Origin: Candidatus Nanopelagicales bacterium | GTDB lineage: Bacteria; Actinomycetota; Actinomycetes; S36-B12 | Assembly: GCA_030830865.1 (NCBI GenBank) | Contig: JAURME010000001.1 | Coordinates: 14,750-78,749, forward strand | Direction of reading: 5' to 3' | Length of the DNA: 64,000 bases | Part shown: piece after piece, positions 40,598-50,532 of the stretch | How positions within the stretch are numbered: the stretch's first letter is position 1 | Layout of the letters: every line of letters begins with the position of its first letter | Position numbers and translations under genes: made by a program | The notes under the pieces: generated by a model | What the model was told of the DNA's origin: nothing | The model's database searches: none | Seen by the model: the letters and a program-made list of their open reading frames with translations, nothing else

Positions 40598-41319
40598 CCG
40601 CCCTCGCCGCACTGCTCGCCGGGGCCTGTCTGTGGTGGTGGTTGCCGGACCGCCCTGACGACCGTCTTCGTCGCGTCGGCGGCGGCCCGAACGCCTCGAC
40701 GCCGCAGTCGCGCGACGGAACGGTGATGCGCTGGGTGGCGGCCGCCACGGCGGCGGTTGCCCTGATCATGCTCGTCGGCGGTCCGGTGGGCATCGCGGCG
40801 GGCGTGGCTGCGCTGGGGGCGATCCCTCGACTGGTCGGCCGCCTCGAACCGCGGGCAGTGCGCCAGCAGCGCGAACGGCTCACGCGTCAGTCCGCCCTGC
40901 TCGCCGACCTGCTCGCCGCCACCCTCTCCTCGGGTGCGACCGCGCGCGATGCCCTCGCGGTGGCCGCCGAGGCCGTGGGCGAGCCGACGGACTCCTACCT
41001 CAGGCCCGTCGTCGGGGCCATCGATCTCGGTGCCGATCCGGTTCAGGCCTGGGATGTCGTCGATCCGCCCGAGGCCCATCGGGTGATCGTCGACGCGCTG
41101 CGACGCGCCCATCGGTCCGGGGCGCCGGCCTCCGGAATCCTGGCGCGCGCGGCCGACGATCTCCGGCGTGAGCGCCGTCGCCAGGTCGAGGTGGCGGCGC
41201 GAGCCGCAGGGGTGCGCGCTGTCGCGCCGCTGGCCGCCTGCTTCCTGCCGGCCTTCCTGCTCATCGGCGTCGTGCCGGTCGTGGCGTCGCTGGCATCCGG
41301 GCTGCTCGGTGTCCTGTGA
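40594..41319 (+). CDS. TadC-like type II secretion system F-family membrane protein
   Basis: GTG 40594 overlaps the upstream stop (GTGA). TM helices at both ends. T2SSF-like central helical domain. Confidence 0.6.
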   Translation: MTALAALLAGACLWWWLPDRPDDRLRRVGGGPNASTPQSRDGTVMRWVAAATAAVALIMLVGGPVGIAAGVAALGAIPRLVGRLEPRAVRQQRERLTRQSALLADLLAATLSSGATARDALAVAAEAVGEPTDSYLRPVVGAIDLGADPVQAWDVVDPPEAHRVIVDALRRAHRSGAPASGILARAADDLRRERRRQVEVAARAAGVRAVAPLAACFLPAFLLIGVVPVVASLASGLLGVL

Positions 41320-41476
41320 CTGTCCACAGGCCCAGCGCACGGTGGTCACCCTTCCCCAGCTCGTCATCGCCCCCTGTCGCAGGAGTCGCCGCGCGACGAA
41401 CGTGGCGCTGCCGGGTGTCCGGTGGTGCCGATGGTCGGCACATCCGTGAGAGCGGAGACCTGTGGGGAGAGTTCAC

Positions 41477-41671
41477 ATGAAGAAGTTCGTGGCACGCATG
41501 ACGACGAGCATGGCGAAGGACGACGGACTGTCGACGGCGGAGTACGCCGTGGGCACCGTGGCGGCCGCCGGTCTCGGCGGTGTGCTCATCAAGCTGCTCA
41601 CCAGCGACGAGGTGCGCAACCTCATCTGGACCCTGCTGAGCGGTGCGTTCCAGACGATGCTGGGCGGCTGA
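41477..41671 (+). CDS. Flp-like prepilin (DUF4244 / Rv3656c-like)
   Basis: MKKFVARMTTSMAKDDG/LSTAEYAVGTVAAAGLGGVLI shows the Flp G/xxxxEY processing motif followed by a hydrophobic helix. Confidence 0.7.
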   Translation: MKKFVARMTTSMAKDDGLSTAEYAVGTVAAAGLGGVLIKLLTSDEVRNLIWTLLSGAFQTMLGG

Positions 41672-42093
41672 TGGTCGCCGACCGGACGCTGTCCCGCTGG
41701 CGGGGGTGGCGTCACCTCCGCCAGCGGGATGACGGGACGGCAGCCGGTGTCTCGCCGGACGATGGGATGGTCATCGCCGAGACCGCCATCGCGATCCCGC
41801 TCCTGATGGCCGTGGCCGCGGCCCTGATCTGGGGTCTGTCGCTGATGGGGACATCCCTGAGCATGGCCGACACCGCACGACAGGTCGCTCGGGACGTGGG
41901 CCGCGGAGTCGGGATCGACGACGCTCTCCGCGGGGCCCGCGTCCCCGATGGGCAGCGCGTCTCCGTGGATGCTCAGGGGGACTGGGTGACGGTGCACGTG
42001 ACGCACAGCGCTGTCACGCCGCTGCCGTTCCTCGACGGACTGAGGGTCCCGCTTGAGCAGTCGGTGACGTTGCCGCGGGAATGGTCGTGGTGA
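41671..42093 (+). CDS. TadE-like pseudopilin (Rv3655c-like)
   Basis: DDGMVIAETAIAIPLLMAVAAALIWGL. The start overlaps the flp stop by 1 nt. Confidence 0.6.
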   Translation: MVADRTLSRWRGWRHLRQRDDGTAAGVSPDDGMVIAETAIAIPLLMAVAAALIWGLSLMGTSLSMADTARQVARDVGRGVGIDDALRGARVPDGQRVSVDAQGDWVTVHVTHSAVTPLPFLDGLRVPLEQSVTLPREWSW

Positions 42094-42452
42094 CGGACGA
42101 CCGCGGTGCGGCGGCGGTGTGGAGTCTGGCGCTCATCGTGCTCCTCGTCGGTGTCGCCCTGGTCGTCGCGCTCGTCGGCAGCGTCGGCATCGCTCGGGCC
42201 AGCGCCGCCTCGGTGGCCGACCTCGCGGCGGTGGCCGGTGCGCGCAGCGGCTCGTGCACATCCGCGCGGGAAGTCGCGGATCGCAACGGCATGAGCCTGT
42301 CCGACTGCATGGTCGACGACGGTGATGTGGTGGTGCGGGTGGCGACGTCGATGCCGGTCGTCGCCCAGCGTGTGATCGATGCGCTCGGCGGGACGGTCGA
42401 GATCGAGGCCGATGCTCGAGCAGGGTACGTGGACTACGGCAGCCCCGGCTGA
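42081..42452 (+). CDS. helicase/secretion-neighbourhood TadE-like protein (Rv3654c-like)
   Basis: DDRGAAAVWSLALIVLLVGVALVVAL N-terminus. Overlaps the previous gene by 13 bp. Confidence 0.55.
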   Translation: MVVVTDDRGAAAVWSLALIVLLVGVALVVALVGSVGIARASAASVADLAAVAGARSGSCTSAREVADRNGMSLSDCMVDDGDVVVRVATSMPVVAQRVIDALGGTVEIEADARAGYVDYGSPG

Positions 42453-44755
42453 TCAAGCACCAGATCGAGCAGGCGCACCGCCAGATTCTTGTCGAGCGGA
42501 TTGTTCCCGTTGCCGCACTTGGGCGATTGCACGCATGAGGGGCAGCCTGACGGGCACTCGCAGGAGGCGATCGCCTCGCGCGTCGCCGACAGCCAGGGCC
42601 GCGCGGCGTGGAAGCCCCGCTCGGCGAACCCGGCGCCCCCGGGATACCCGTCGTAGACGAACACGGTGGGCTGGCCGGTGTCGGGATGGTGGGCGGTGGA
42701 GACGCCGCCGAGATCCCAGCGGTCGCAGGTGGCGAAGAGCGGAAGAATGCCGATCGACGCGTGCTCGGCAGCGTGCGCCGCGCCGGGGATATCGGGCGCG
42801 GGTACGCCGGCCTCGACCACCTCCGCCTCGGTCAGCGTCCACCACACCGCTTGCGTCCGCAGTTCCTGCACCGGCAGGTCGAGCAGCTCCTCGCCGAGGC
42901 TCTGGCCGTTGGGGCGGCGTCGCTGGAAGGACACGACCTGCGAGCTGACGTCGACCATGCCGCGGTGCAGCACGCCGTCGGCACTGGACTCGAGGGTCTC
43001 GACGATGCGGATGTCGCTCACGGAACGGGCGAGGGTCGTGTAGTCGACGGGCTCCTCGACGACGACGGCCACGGAGTCGTCCAGATCGAGGGACTCGACC
43101 ACATGCGTGATTCCCTGATGCACGTAGACGGCACCGGTGTGGACCATCGAGGGGGCCGACGAACGGTCGACCGTCCCCAGCAGGCGCCCGGTGCCACTCT
43201 CGACGACACGGACACCGACGCCGCCGGTGCCGCGCAGGTCCGTGAGGTCACTCGCCCGCTCCGGGCGCGTCCAGAACCAGCCGCGAGCGCGCTCCCGCAG
43301 CCAGCCGGCGGCGGTCAGTCCGTCGACCACCTGACGCGCGGTGGGGCCGAACCAGTCGAGGTCCGCCTCGGTGAGCGGGCGCTCCGCGGCAGCCGCGCAC
43401 AGGTGTGGGGCCAGGACGTACGTGTTCGACGGGTCGAAGGAGTTGCCCTCGACGGGTCGGGTCAGCACCACCTCGGGGTGGTGCACGAGATAGGCGTCGA
43501 GCGGGTCGTCGCGTGCGATGAAGATGCCGACCGCGGGGGTGCCGCGGCGACCAGCACGGCCCATCTGCTGCCACAGGCTCGCGCGCGTGCCCGGCCATCC
43601 GGCGACGAGGACGACGTCGAGCCCGCTGACATCGATGCCCATCTCGAGGGCATTGGTGGTGGCGAGGGCTCGGATCCGCCCGTCGCGCAGCCGTGACTCC
43701 AGTTCCCGACGCTCCTCGGGCAGGTAGCCGCCGCGGTACGCGGCCACGCCCTCGACGAGCTCCGGATCGACGTCCGCGAGCCGTTCACGTGCCATCACCG
43801 ACGTGGCCTCTGCACCGCGGCGCGAGCGCACGAACGCGAGCGTCTGCCGTCCCTCCACGACGCAGTCGGCGACGAGGTCGGCGGTCTCGGCGAGGGCACT
43901 GCGACGCCCGGGCGAGGGAGCGTCCGGCGCGGCCTCGAGCTCCGGAGGCTCCCAGAACCCGATCGTCATGCCGGTGCGCGGGGACGCATCCTCGGTGACC
44001 GCGACGACGGGAGCCCCGATGAGTCGGGACCCCGAGACGTCGGGATCGGCCATGGTCGCGGAGGCGAGAAACACCACCGGGTCGGTGCCGTAGTGCGCGC
44101 AGACCCGACGAAGTCGCCGGATCACGGCGGCCACGTGCGCGCCCGTGACCCCGCGGTAGGCATGGGCCTCGTCGATGACGACCATGCGGAGGCGTCGCAG
44201 GAAGCTCGCCCACGCCTCATGCCCCGGCAGGAGGGAGTGGTGCAGCAGGTCGGGATTGCTCAGCACGTAGTTGGCGTGCTGTCGGATCCACGGCCGCTGG
44301 TCGGAGGCGGTGTCGCCGTCGTAGACCGCGGCGCGCAGCCACGGCAGGGCGAGGTCGTCCAGGGCGCGCAGCTGGTCCTGCGCGAGGGCCTTGGTGGGGG
44401 AGAGGTAGAGGACCGTCGCCCCACGACCGTTCGGGGCGCGTGTGCCGTCGAGCACGTGGGCGAGGGCCGGCATGCCGAACGCGAGGCTCTTGCCGGACGC
44501 CGTTCCGGTGGCGAGGGCCACGTTCTGCCCGGACCACGCGATGTCAGCCGCCTGGACCTGGTGCCGCCACGGATCGGCGATCCCGGGGAAGGCTGCGCGG
44601 ACCTCCTCGGGCAGCCACGACGGCCACTGCCCGATTTTGGCCTGCCGCTCGGGACGGGTGTGTACGTGGATGAGCCGGTCGGCACGCCCGTGTGCGAGTC
44701 GCTGCAGCAGGGCATCGGCGCCCCGCCCGTCGTCGTCCCTCACGTCGTCATGCAT
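42434..44755 (-). CDS. DEAH-box helicase with a C-terminal DUF1998 zinc module (Rv3649 / MrfA-like)
   Basis: ORF 42434..45286 trimmed to MHDDVRDD. Walker A ATGTASGKSLAF, VIDEAH, C-terminal CECPSGCPSCVQSPKCG. Confidence 0.85.
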   Translation of the reverse strand: MHDDVRDDDGRGADALLQRLAHGRADRLIHVHTRPERQAKIGQWPSWLPEEVRAAFPGIADPWRHQVQAADIAWSGQNVALATGTASGKSLAFGMPALAHVLDGTRAPNGRGATVLYLSPTKALAQDQLRALDDLALPWLRAAVYDGDTASDQRPWIRQHANYVLSNPDLLHHSLLPGHEAWASFLRRLRMVVIDEAHAYRGVTGAHVAAVIRRLRRVCAHYGTDPVVFLASATMADPDVSGSRLIGAPVVAVTEDASPRTGMTIGFWEPPELEAAPDAPSPGRRSALAETADLVADCVVEGRQTLAFVRSRRGAEATSVMARERLADVDPELVEGVAAYRGGYLPEERRELESRLRDGRIRALATTNALEMGIDVSGLDVVLVAGWPGTRASLWQQMGRAGRRGTPAVGIFIARDDPLDAYLVHHPEVVLTRPVEGNSFDPSNTYVLAPHLCAAAAERPLTEADLDWFGPTARQVVDGLTAAGWLRERARGWFWTRPERASDLTDLRGTGGVGVRVVESGTGRLLGTVDRSSAPSMVHTGAVYVHQGITHVVESLDLDDSVAVVVEEPVDYTTLARSVSDIRIVETLESSADGVLHRGMVDVSSQVVSFQRRRPNGQSLGEELLDLPVQELRTQAVWWTLTEAEVVEAGVPAPDIPGAAHAAEHASIGILPLFATCDRWDLGGVSTAHHPDTGQPTVFVYDGYPGGAGFAERGFHAARPWLSATREAIASCECPSGCPSCVQSPKCGNGNNPLDKNLAVRLLDLVLDQPGLP

Positions 44756-44803
44756 CGCGCCATTGTGCGCTGCCGGTGTGACGCGCTGTGCCAGAGTGGG
44801 GCC

Positions 44804-45139
44804 GTGGACTTCACCGTGAGCGTGTCGGAGGACGACGGACGCACCATTGTGACGGCCGCGGGGGAGCTCGACGCCCACGCTGCACCGGTGCTCGAGGCCG
44901 AGACCGGGCCGGCGTCCCGCCAGCCGGGCGGTCGCCTCATCGTCGACCTCACGGGCGTGGACTTCATCGACTCGACGGGGCTTGGTGTCCTTGTGGGCGC
45001 GCTGAAGCACGCGCGGGAGGCGGGGGGCACGCTGGACGTCGTCGTGGCTACCCCCCGGGTGCTGAAGGTGCTGGCCCTCACCGGCCTGGACGTCGTCATC
45101 CCGCTCCACTCGACCCTCGACGAGGCCCTCGCCTCCTGA
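44804..45139 (+). CDS. STAS-domain anti-sigma-factor antagonist
   Basis: TAAGELDAHAAPVLE...LIVDLTGVDFIDSTGLGVLVGALKHA. The start (GTG 44804) is uncertain. Confidence 0.7.
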   Translation: MDFTVSVSEDDGRTIVTAAGELDAHAAPVLEAETGPASRQPGGRLIVDLTGVDFIDSTGLGVLVGALKHAREAGGTLDVVVATPRVLKVLALTGLDVVIPLHSTLDEALAS

Positions 45140-45294
45140 GTCCCCCGGAACTATGACGTGCGCCTCACTGCTGTGGGGTGCCTCATGGTCGGGCTCCCAG
45201 ATCAGTAGACTTCGCCGAATCGCGCGCCGGCTGCCCCGGTGTGTGCCTTTTCGACTGCAGGGCCCACTGCCCGGGCCTGTGACCAAGGAGTCCC

Positions 45295-47589
45295 ATGATC
45301 GAGTTGAGCGGTGGCAACATGACGCTGGTCGTCATCGTTGCCGTCATCGCGCTGGCAGCTCTGGTCGTGGCGGCCCTTCTCGTGCGCCAGGTGCTGGCCG
45401 CGAGCGAGGGAACGCCGCGCATGAAGGAGATCGCCGCCGCCGTCCAGGAGGGGGCCTCGGCCTACCTCAACCGGCAGTTCAAGACGCTGGCGATCTTCGC
45501 CGTGATCGTCTTCTTCGTCCTCTTCCTTCTCCCGGCTGACACCACGAGCGAGAAGATCGGTCGAAGCATCTTCTTCCTCGTCGGCGCCGTCTTCTCCGGG
45601 ATCACCGGCTACATGGGCATGTGGCTCGCCGTCCGCGGCAACGTCCGCGTGGCTGCCGCCGCCAACGAGTCCGGCGAGCAGAAGGCCATGAAGATCGCCT
45701 TCCGCACCGGTGGCGTGGCGGGCATGTTCACCGTCGGCCTCGGCCTGTTCGGTGCGGCCCTCGTCGTCCTCGTCTACAAGGGCGAGGCCCCCAAGGTGTT
45801 GGAGGGCTTCGGCTTCGGCGCGGCCCTCCTCGCGATGTTCATGCGCGTCGGCGGCGGCATCTTCACCAAGGCCGCTGACGTCGGTGCCGACCTGGTCGGC
45901 AAGGTCGAGCAGGGCATCCCCGAGGACGACCCGCGCAACGCGGCGACCATCGCCGACAACGTGGGCGACAACGTCGGTGACTGCGCCGGCATGGCGGCCG
46001 ACCTCTTCGAGTCCTACGCGGTGACCCTCGTCGCCGCGCTGATCCTCGGCGTCGCGGCCTTCGGCGAGCTCGGCCTCGTGATCCCGCTGGTCATCCCGGC
46101 CATCGGTGTCATCACCGCCGTCATCGGCATCTTCGCCGTCTCGCCGCGACAGTCCGATCGCTCGGGCATGGCCTCGATCAACCGCGGCTTCTTCATCTCG
46201 GCGGTCATCTCGGCGGTTCTGGTCATCGCCGCGGTGTTCACGTGGGTCCCGGGGAGCTGGGAGGAGATCGAGAGCATCGGCGGCATCGTCGCGGTCGAGT
46301 CCGCCGACACCATCAATCCGCGCCTGTTCGTGATCCTCGCGGTCCTCATCGGCATCGTGCTCGCGGCGCTGATCCAGCAGCTCACGGCCTACTTCACCGA
46401 GACCGACCGCCGCCCGGTCGACGACGTCGCCAAGACGTCGCTCACCGGCCCGGCCACGGTCATCCTGTCCGGCGTCTCACTGGGCCTGGAGTCCGCGGTG
46501 TACTCAGCACTGCTCATCGGTGCGGCCGTGTACGGCGCATACATCGTCGGCGGCGGCGCCATCCTGCTGTCGCTGTTCGCGATCGCGCTGGCCGGCACCG
46601 GCCTGCTGACCACCGTCGGCGTCATCGTCTCGATGGACACCTTCGGCCCGGTCTCGGACAACGCCCAGGGCATCGCGGAGATGTCCGGCGAGGTCCACGG
46701 GGAGGGCGCTGCGGTCCTGACCAGCCTCGACGCGGTGGGCAACTCCACCAAGGCCATCACGAAGGGCATCGCCATCGCGACGGCCGTCCTGGCGGCGACC
46801 GCACTGTTCGGCGCGTTCCGTGACTCGATCGTCGAGGCGTTCGCGGACATCACCGACAAGGCTGGGTCGATCTCGGATCCCGAGCAGTACGAGGGCATTC
46901 TCAACGTCGCGAACCCGAGCAACCTCGTCGGCCTCATCATCGGTGCGGCTGTCGTGTTCCTGTTCTCGGGCCTGGCGATCAACGCGGTCTCCCGCGCAGC
47001 CGGCGCCGTCATCTTCGAGGTGCGTCGCCAGTTCCGCGAGCACCCGGGGATCATGGAGGGCACCGAGAAGCCCGAGTACGGCAAGGTCGTCGACATCGTC
47101 ACGCGCGATTCGCTGCGCGAGCTGATCACCCCGGGCATCCTCGCCGTGTTCACCCCGATCGCGGTGGGCTTCAGCCTTGGCGTCGGTGCCCTCGGCGCCT
47201 ACCTCGCCGGCACGATCGCGACCGGCGTGCTCATGGCCGTGTTCCTGTCCAACTCGGGTGGTGCCTGGGACAACGCCAAGAAGTACGTCGAGGACGGTCA
47301 TTTCGGCGGCAAGGGCTCGGAGGCCCACGAGGCCACCGTCATCGGCGACACGGTCGGCGATCCGTTCAAGGACACCGCCGGCCCGGCCATCAACCCGCTG
47401 ATCAAGGTCATGAACCTGGTCGCGCTGCTCATCGCGCCGGCCATCGTGACCATGAGCGTCGGATCCTCGGCCAACGATGGCCTGCGTTGGGGCATCGCCC
47501 TGGTCGCAGCGCTGATCGTCGTGGTCGCGGTCGTCATCTCCAAGCGGCGCCCGATCGCCGTGGGTGAGGACGCTCCGGCGAACGTCTAG
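45295..47589 (+). CDS. hppA: membrane-bound proton/sodium-translocating pyrophosphatase
   Basis: GDNVGDCAGMAADLFES, GGAWDNAKKY, DTVGDPFKDT. AAGGAG lies 5 nt upstream of the ATG. Confidence 0.95.
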   Translation: MIELSGGNMTLVVIVAVIALAALVVAALLVRQVLAASEGTPRMKEIAAAVQEGASAYLNRQFKTLAIFAVIVFFVLFLLPADTTSEKIGRSIFFLVGAVFSGITGYMGMWLAVRGNVRVAAAANESGEQKAMKIAFRTGGVAGMFTVGLGLFGAALVVLVYKGEAPKVLEGFGFGAALLAMFMRVGGGIFTKAADVGADLVGKVEQGIPEDDPRNAATIADNVGDNVGDCAGMAADLFESYAVTLVAALILGVAAFGELGLVIPLVIPAIGVITAVIGIFAVSPRQSDRSGMASINRGFFISAVISAVLVIAAVFTWVPGSWEEIESIGGIVAVESADTINPRLFVILAVLIGIVLAALIQQLTAYFTETDRRPVDDVAKTSLTGPATVILSGVSLGLESAVYSALLIGAAVYGAYIVGGGAILLSLFAIALAGTGLLTTVGVIVSMDTFGPVSDNAQGIAEMSGEVHGEGAAVLTSLDAVGNSTKAITKGIAIATAVLAATALFGAFRDSIVEAFADITDKAGSISDPEQYEGILNVANPSNLVGLIIGAAVVFLFSGLAINAVSRAAGAVIFEVRRQFREHPGIMEGTEKPEYGKVVDIVTRDSLRELITPGILAVFTPIAVGFSLGVGALGAYLAGTIATGVLMAVFLSNSGGAWDNAKKYVEDGHFGGKGSEAHEATVIGDTVGDPFKDTAGPAINPLIKVMNLVALLIAPAIVTMSVGSSANDGLRWGIALVAALIVVVAVVISKRRPIAVGEDAPANV

Positions 47590-47596
47590 TCCCACC

Positions 47597-47659
47597 GACG
47601 AGGCCTGTGTTCCGTTCTGCGGGACACAGGCCTCGTCCTTTTCCCCCTTCGGGGGAAGG
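47597..47659 (+). terminator. tandem stem-loops after hppA
   Basis: 14-bp perfect stem GACGAGGCCTGTGT/ACACAGGCCTCGTC followed by CTTTT, then TTCCCCC-TTC-GGGGGAA. Confidence 0.75.
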
Positions 47660-47780
47660 CTGCCCGGGCCACGCCGACGGGGGTCGGTGAAGTTGACAGA
47701 ACCGCGGGTCGTACCGTCAGACTCCGGACCCGACGGGCAGGACCACTGCCCCGACCCATCGAACGAAGGACGGACCGCAC

Positions 47781-50525
47781 GTGGCGGACAAGACCCTGGT
47801 GATCGTCGAGTCACCGGCTAAGGCGAAGAAGATCGCCGGCTACCTGGGCCCCGACTACACCGTGCTCGCCTCCGTGGGCCACGTCCGCGACCTGTGCTCG
47901 AAGGCTTCCGAGCTCCCCGCCGACGTCAAGAAGATGCCCTGGGCCAAGCTCGCCGTCGACGTCGACGACCGCTTCCAGGCCTACTACGTCGTGCACGAGT
48001 CCAAGAAGAAGACGATCGCCGAGCTGAAGAAGGCCCTCAAGGACGCCGACGAGCTCCTGCTCGCCACTGACGAGGACCGTGAGGGCGAGGCCATCTCCTG
48101 GCACCTGATGGAGGTGCTGCGCCCGAAGGTCCCGGTGCAGCGCATGGTCTTCAACGAGATCACCCCGGAGGCGATCCGCGAGGCCGTCGCGAATCCGCGC
48201 GACCTGAACATGGAGCTGGTCGAGGCGCAGGAGACCCGGCGCATCGTCGACCGCCTCTACGGCTACCCGGTGTCCGAGGTGCTGTGGAAGAAGATCGGCC
48301 GTGAGGCGAAGTCCGCCGGCCGTGTGCAGTCGGTGGCCGTGCGGCTCGTCGTCGACCGGGAGCGCGAGCGCATCGCGTTCCGGGCAGCGAACTACTGGGA
48401 CATCACCGGCACCTTCGGTCCCGGTGGCGCGAAGCGTGCGGAGCGCCACGAAGGAGAGGCGGGCGGATCCTTCGACGCCAAGCTCACCAGCCTTGACGGC
48501 GTCCGCATCGCATCCGGTGACAGCTTCGATGACCGCGGCGCGATCAAGAAGGGCAACGTCACCGTCCTCGACGAGGCCCGTGCCACAGCGCTGGCGGCCG
48601 AGTTGGCCGGGCAGCAGTTCACCGTTCGCTCCGTCGTCCAGAAGCCCGGCCAGCGCTCGCCCAAGGCGCCGTTCATCACATCCACGCTTCAGCAGGAGGC
48701 CTCGAACCGCCTGCGCTGGGGCAGCCAGCGCACCATGCGGGTGGCGCAGAGCCTGTATGAGAACGGCTACATCACCTATATGCGCACCGACTCGGTGCAC
48801 CTGTCCGAACAGGCGATCACTGCAGCCCGCAATCAGGCCCGTGATCTCTACGGCCCGGAGTACGTCGCCGACGGCGTCCGCACCTACAAGAGCAAGGTGA
48901 AGAACGCCCAGGAGGCGCATGAGGCGATCCGCCCGGCCGGCGACGTCTTCCGCACCCCCGGTGAGGTGTCGGGTGAGCTCAACGCCGACGAGTTCGCGCT
49001 CTACGACCTCATCTGGAAGCGCACCGTCGCGTCGCAGATGGCGAATGCGCAGGTCGCCACGACCACCATGAAGGTCGGCACGGTCATGGCCGACGGCACG
49101 GATGCGGAGTTCTCCGCGTCGGGCACGGTCGTGGTCTTCCCCGGCTTCTACGCCGCGCTCAAGGACATCTCGGAGGACGACGACGAGGGCCGCGAGCTGC
49201 CCAGCCTGGGCGAGGGCTCGCCGGTCACCGCGGAGCACCTCGACCCCGAGGGCCACAGCACCAACCCGCCGTCGCGCTACACCGAGGCGAAGCTCGTGGC
49301 CAAGCTCGAGGAGCTTGGCATCGGCCGGCCCTCCACCTACGCATCGATCATGTCGACGATCGTCGACCGCGGCTACGTGTGGAAGAAGGGATCGGCGCTC
49401 GTCCCCAGCTTCACCGCCTTCGCGGTGGTGCGGCTTCTGGAGGAGCATTTCACGCCGCTCATCGACTACAGCTTCACCGCGAACATGGAGGAGGTCCTCG
49501 ACCTCATCTCGGTGGGCAAGACCGACGGGGTCTCGCAGCTCGAGGCGTTCTGGCGGGGCGGTCACACCGTCACCGGCGGCGACTTCCCCGGCGTGAAGCC
49601 CCTGACCGAGGATCTCGGTGCCATTGACGCCCGCGGCAACGCGACGTTCCCGATCGAGGGCACCGATGCCGTCCTGCGCGTGGGCCGCTACGGCGCCTAC
49701 GTCGAGCGGGGTGAGGATGAGCGCGCCAACGTGCCGGTCGGACTTGCACCCGATGAACTCACGGCCGAGAAGGCCGAGGAGCTCCTGCTGGAGCCGTCCG
49801 GAGACCGTGAGCTCGGGGTCGACCCGGAGTCCGGCCTGACGATCGTCGCGAAGTCGGGCCGCTATGGCCCGTATGTCAGCGAGGTGCTCCCCGAGGGCTC
49901 GCCCAAGACGGCCAAGCCGCGCACCTCGTCGCTGTTCACCGATATGAAGCCCTCGACCGTCACGCTCGAGGAGGCGCTCAGGCTGCTGAGCCTGCCGCGC
50001 GTCGTCGGTGTCGACCCGGCCGACGGCGCCGAGATCCTCGCGCAGAACGGTCGGTACGGCCCGTACCTCACCAAGGACAAGGACTCCCGCTCCCTCGGCA
50101 GCGAGGACGAGATCTTCACGGTGACGCTCGAGCAGGCGCTCGCCCTGTTCGCGCAGCCCAAGCAGCGTCGAGGCCGCGGTCAGGCGAAACCGCCGCTGCG
50201 CGAACTCGGAGGTGACCCGACCACCGGGCTGCCGCTTGTGATCAAGGACGGCCGCTTCGGCCCGTACGTCACCGACGGCATCACCAACGCATCGCTGCGC
50301 TCGGCGGACGACCCGGAGACCCTGTCGATCGAGCGCGCCAGTGACCTGCTGTCCGAGCGCCGATCCAAGGAGGCGCTCGAAGCACTCGAGCCGAAGCAGA
50401 CCACCACCCGCGTGGTGAAGCGCGGGGCGGCGAGGAAGACCGCGAAGAAGTCACCCGCCAAGAAGACCGCGGCGAAGAAGACCGCGAAGAAGGCCACCGC
50501 GTCGGCGTCCGTGGGCAAGGACTGA
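47781..50525 (+). CDS. topA: DNA topoisomerase I
   Basis: Toprim LVIVESPAKAKKI, active-site TYMRTDS, Lys-rich tail AKKTAKKSPAKKTAAKKTAKK. Confidence 0.95.
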   Translation: MADKTLVIVESPAKAKKIAGYLGPDYTVLASVGHVRDLCSKASELPADVKKMPWAKLAVDVDDRFQAYYVVHESKKKTIAELKKALKDADELLLATDEDREGEAISWHLMEVLRPKVPVQRMVFNEITPEAIREAVANPRDLNMELVEAQETRRIVDRLYGYPVSEVLWKKIGREAKSAGRVQSVAVRLVVDRERERIAFRAANYWDITGTFGPGGAKRAERHEGEAGGSFDAKLTSLDGVRIASGDSFDDRGAIKKGNVTVLDEARATALAAELAGQQFTVRSVVQKPGQRSPKAPFITSTLQQEASNRLRWGSQRTMRVAQSLYENGYITYMRTDSVHLSEQAITAARNQARDLYGPEYVADGVRTYKSKVKNAQEAHEAIRPAGDVFRTPGEVSGELNADEFALYDLIWKRTVASQMANAQVATTTMKVGTVMADGTDAEFSASGTVVVFPGFYAALKDISEDDDEGRELPSLGEGSPVTAEHLDPEGHSTNPPSRYTEAKLVAKLEELGIGRPSTYASIMSTIVDRGYVWKKGSALVPSFTAFAVVRLLEEHFTPLIDYSFTANMEEVLDLISVGKTDGVSQLEAFWRGGHTVTGGDFPGVKPLTEDLGAIDARGNATFPIEGTDAVLRVGRYGAYVERGEDERANVPVGLAPDELTAEKAEELLLEPSGDRELGVDPESGLTIVAKSGRYGPYVSEVLPEGSPKTAKPRTSSLFTDMKPSTVTLEEALRLLSLPRVVGVDPADGAEILAQNGRYGPYLTKDKDSRSLGSEDEIFTVTLEQALALFAQPKQRRGRGQAKPPLRELGGDPTTGLPLVIKDGRFGPYVTDGITNASLRSADDPETLSIERASDLLSERRSKEALEALEPKQTTTRVVKRGAARKTAKKSPAKKTAAKKTAKKATASASVGKD

Positions 50526-50532
50526 GCACCAC

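Noticed and set aside
42434-44755. DUF1998 helicase as part of a DISARM- or Druantia-type defence island
   Set aside because: No methyltransferase, PLD nuclease or other partner genes are present. The helicase sits in the conserved actinobacterial position next to the Tad-like operon.
46504-49565. Two long minus-strand ORFs (46504..47814 and 47811..49565)
   Set aside because: They are antisense to hppA and topA, both of which have unambiguous signatures. The shadow translations are Arg/Asp/Gly-rich.
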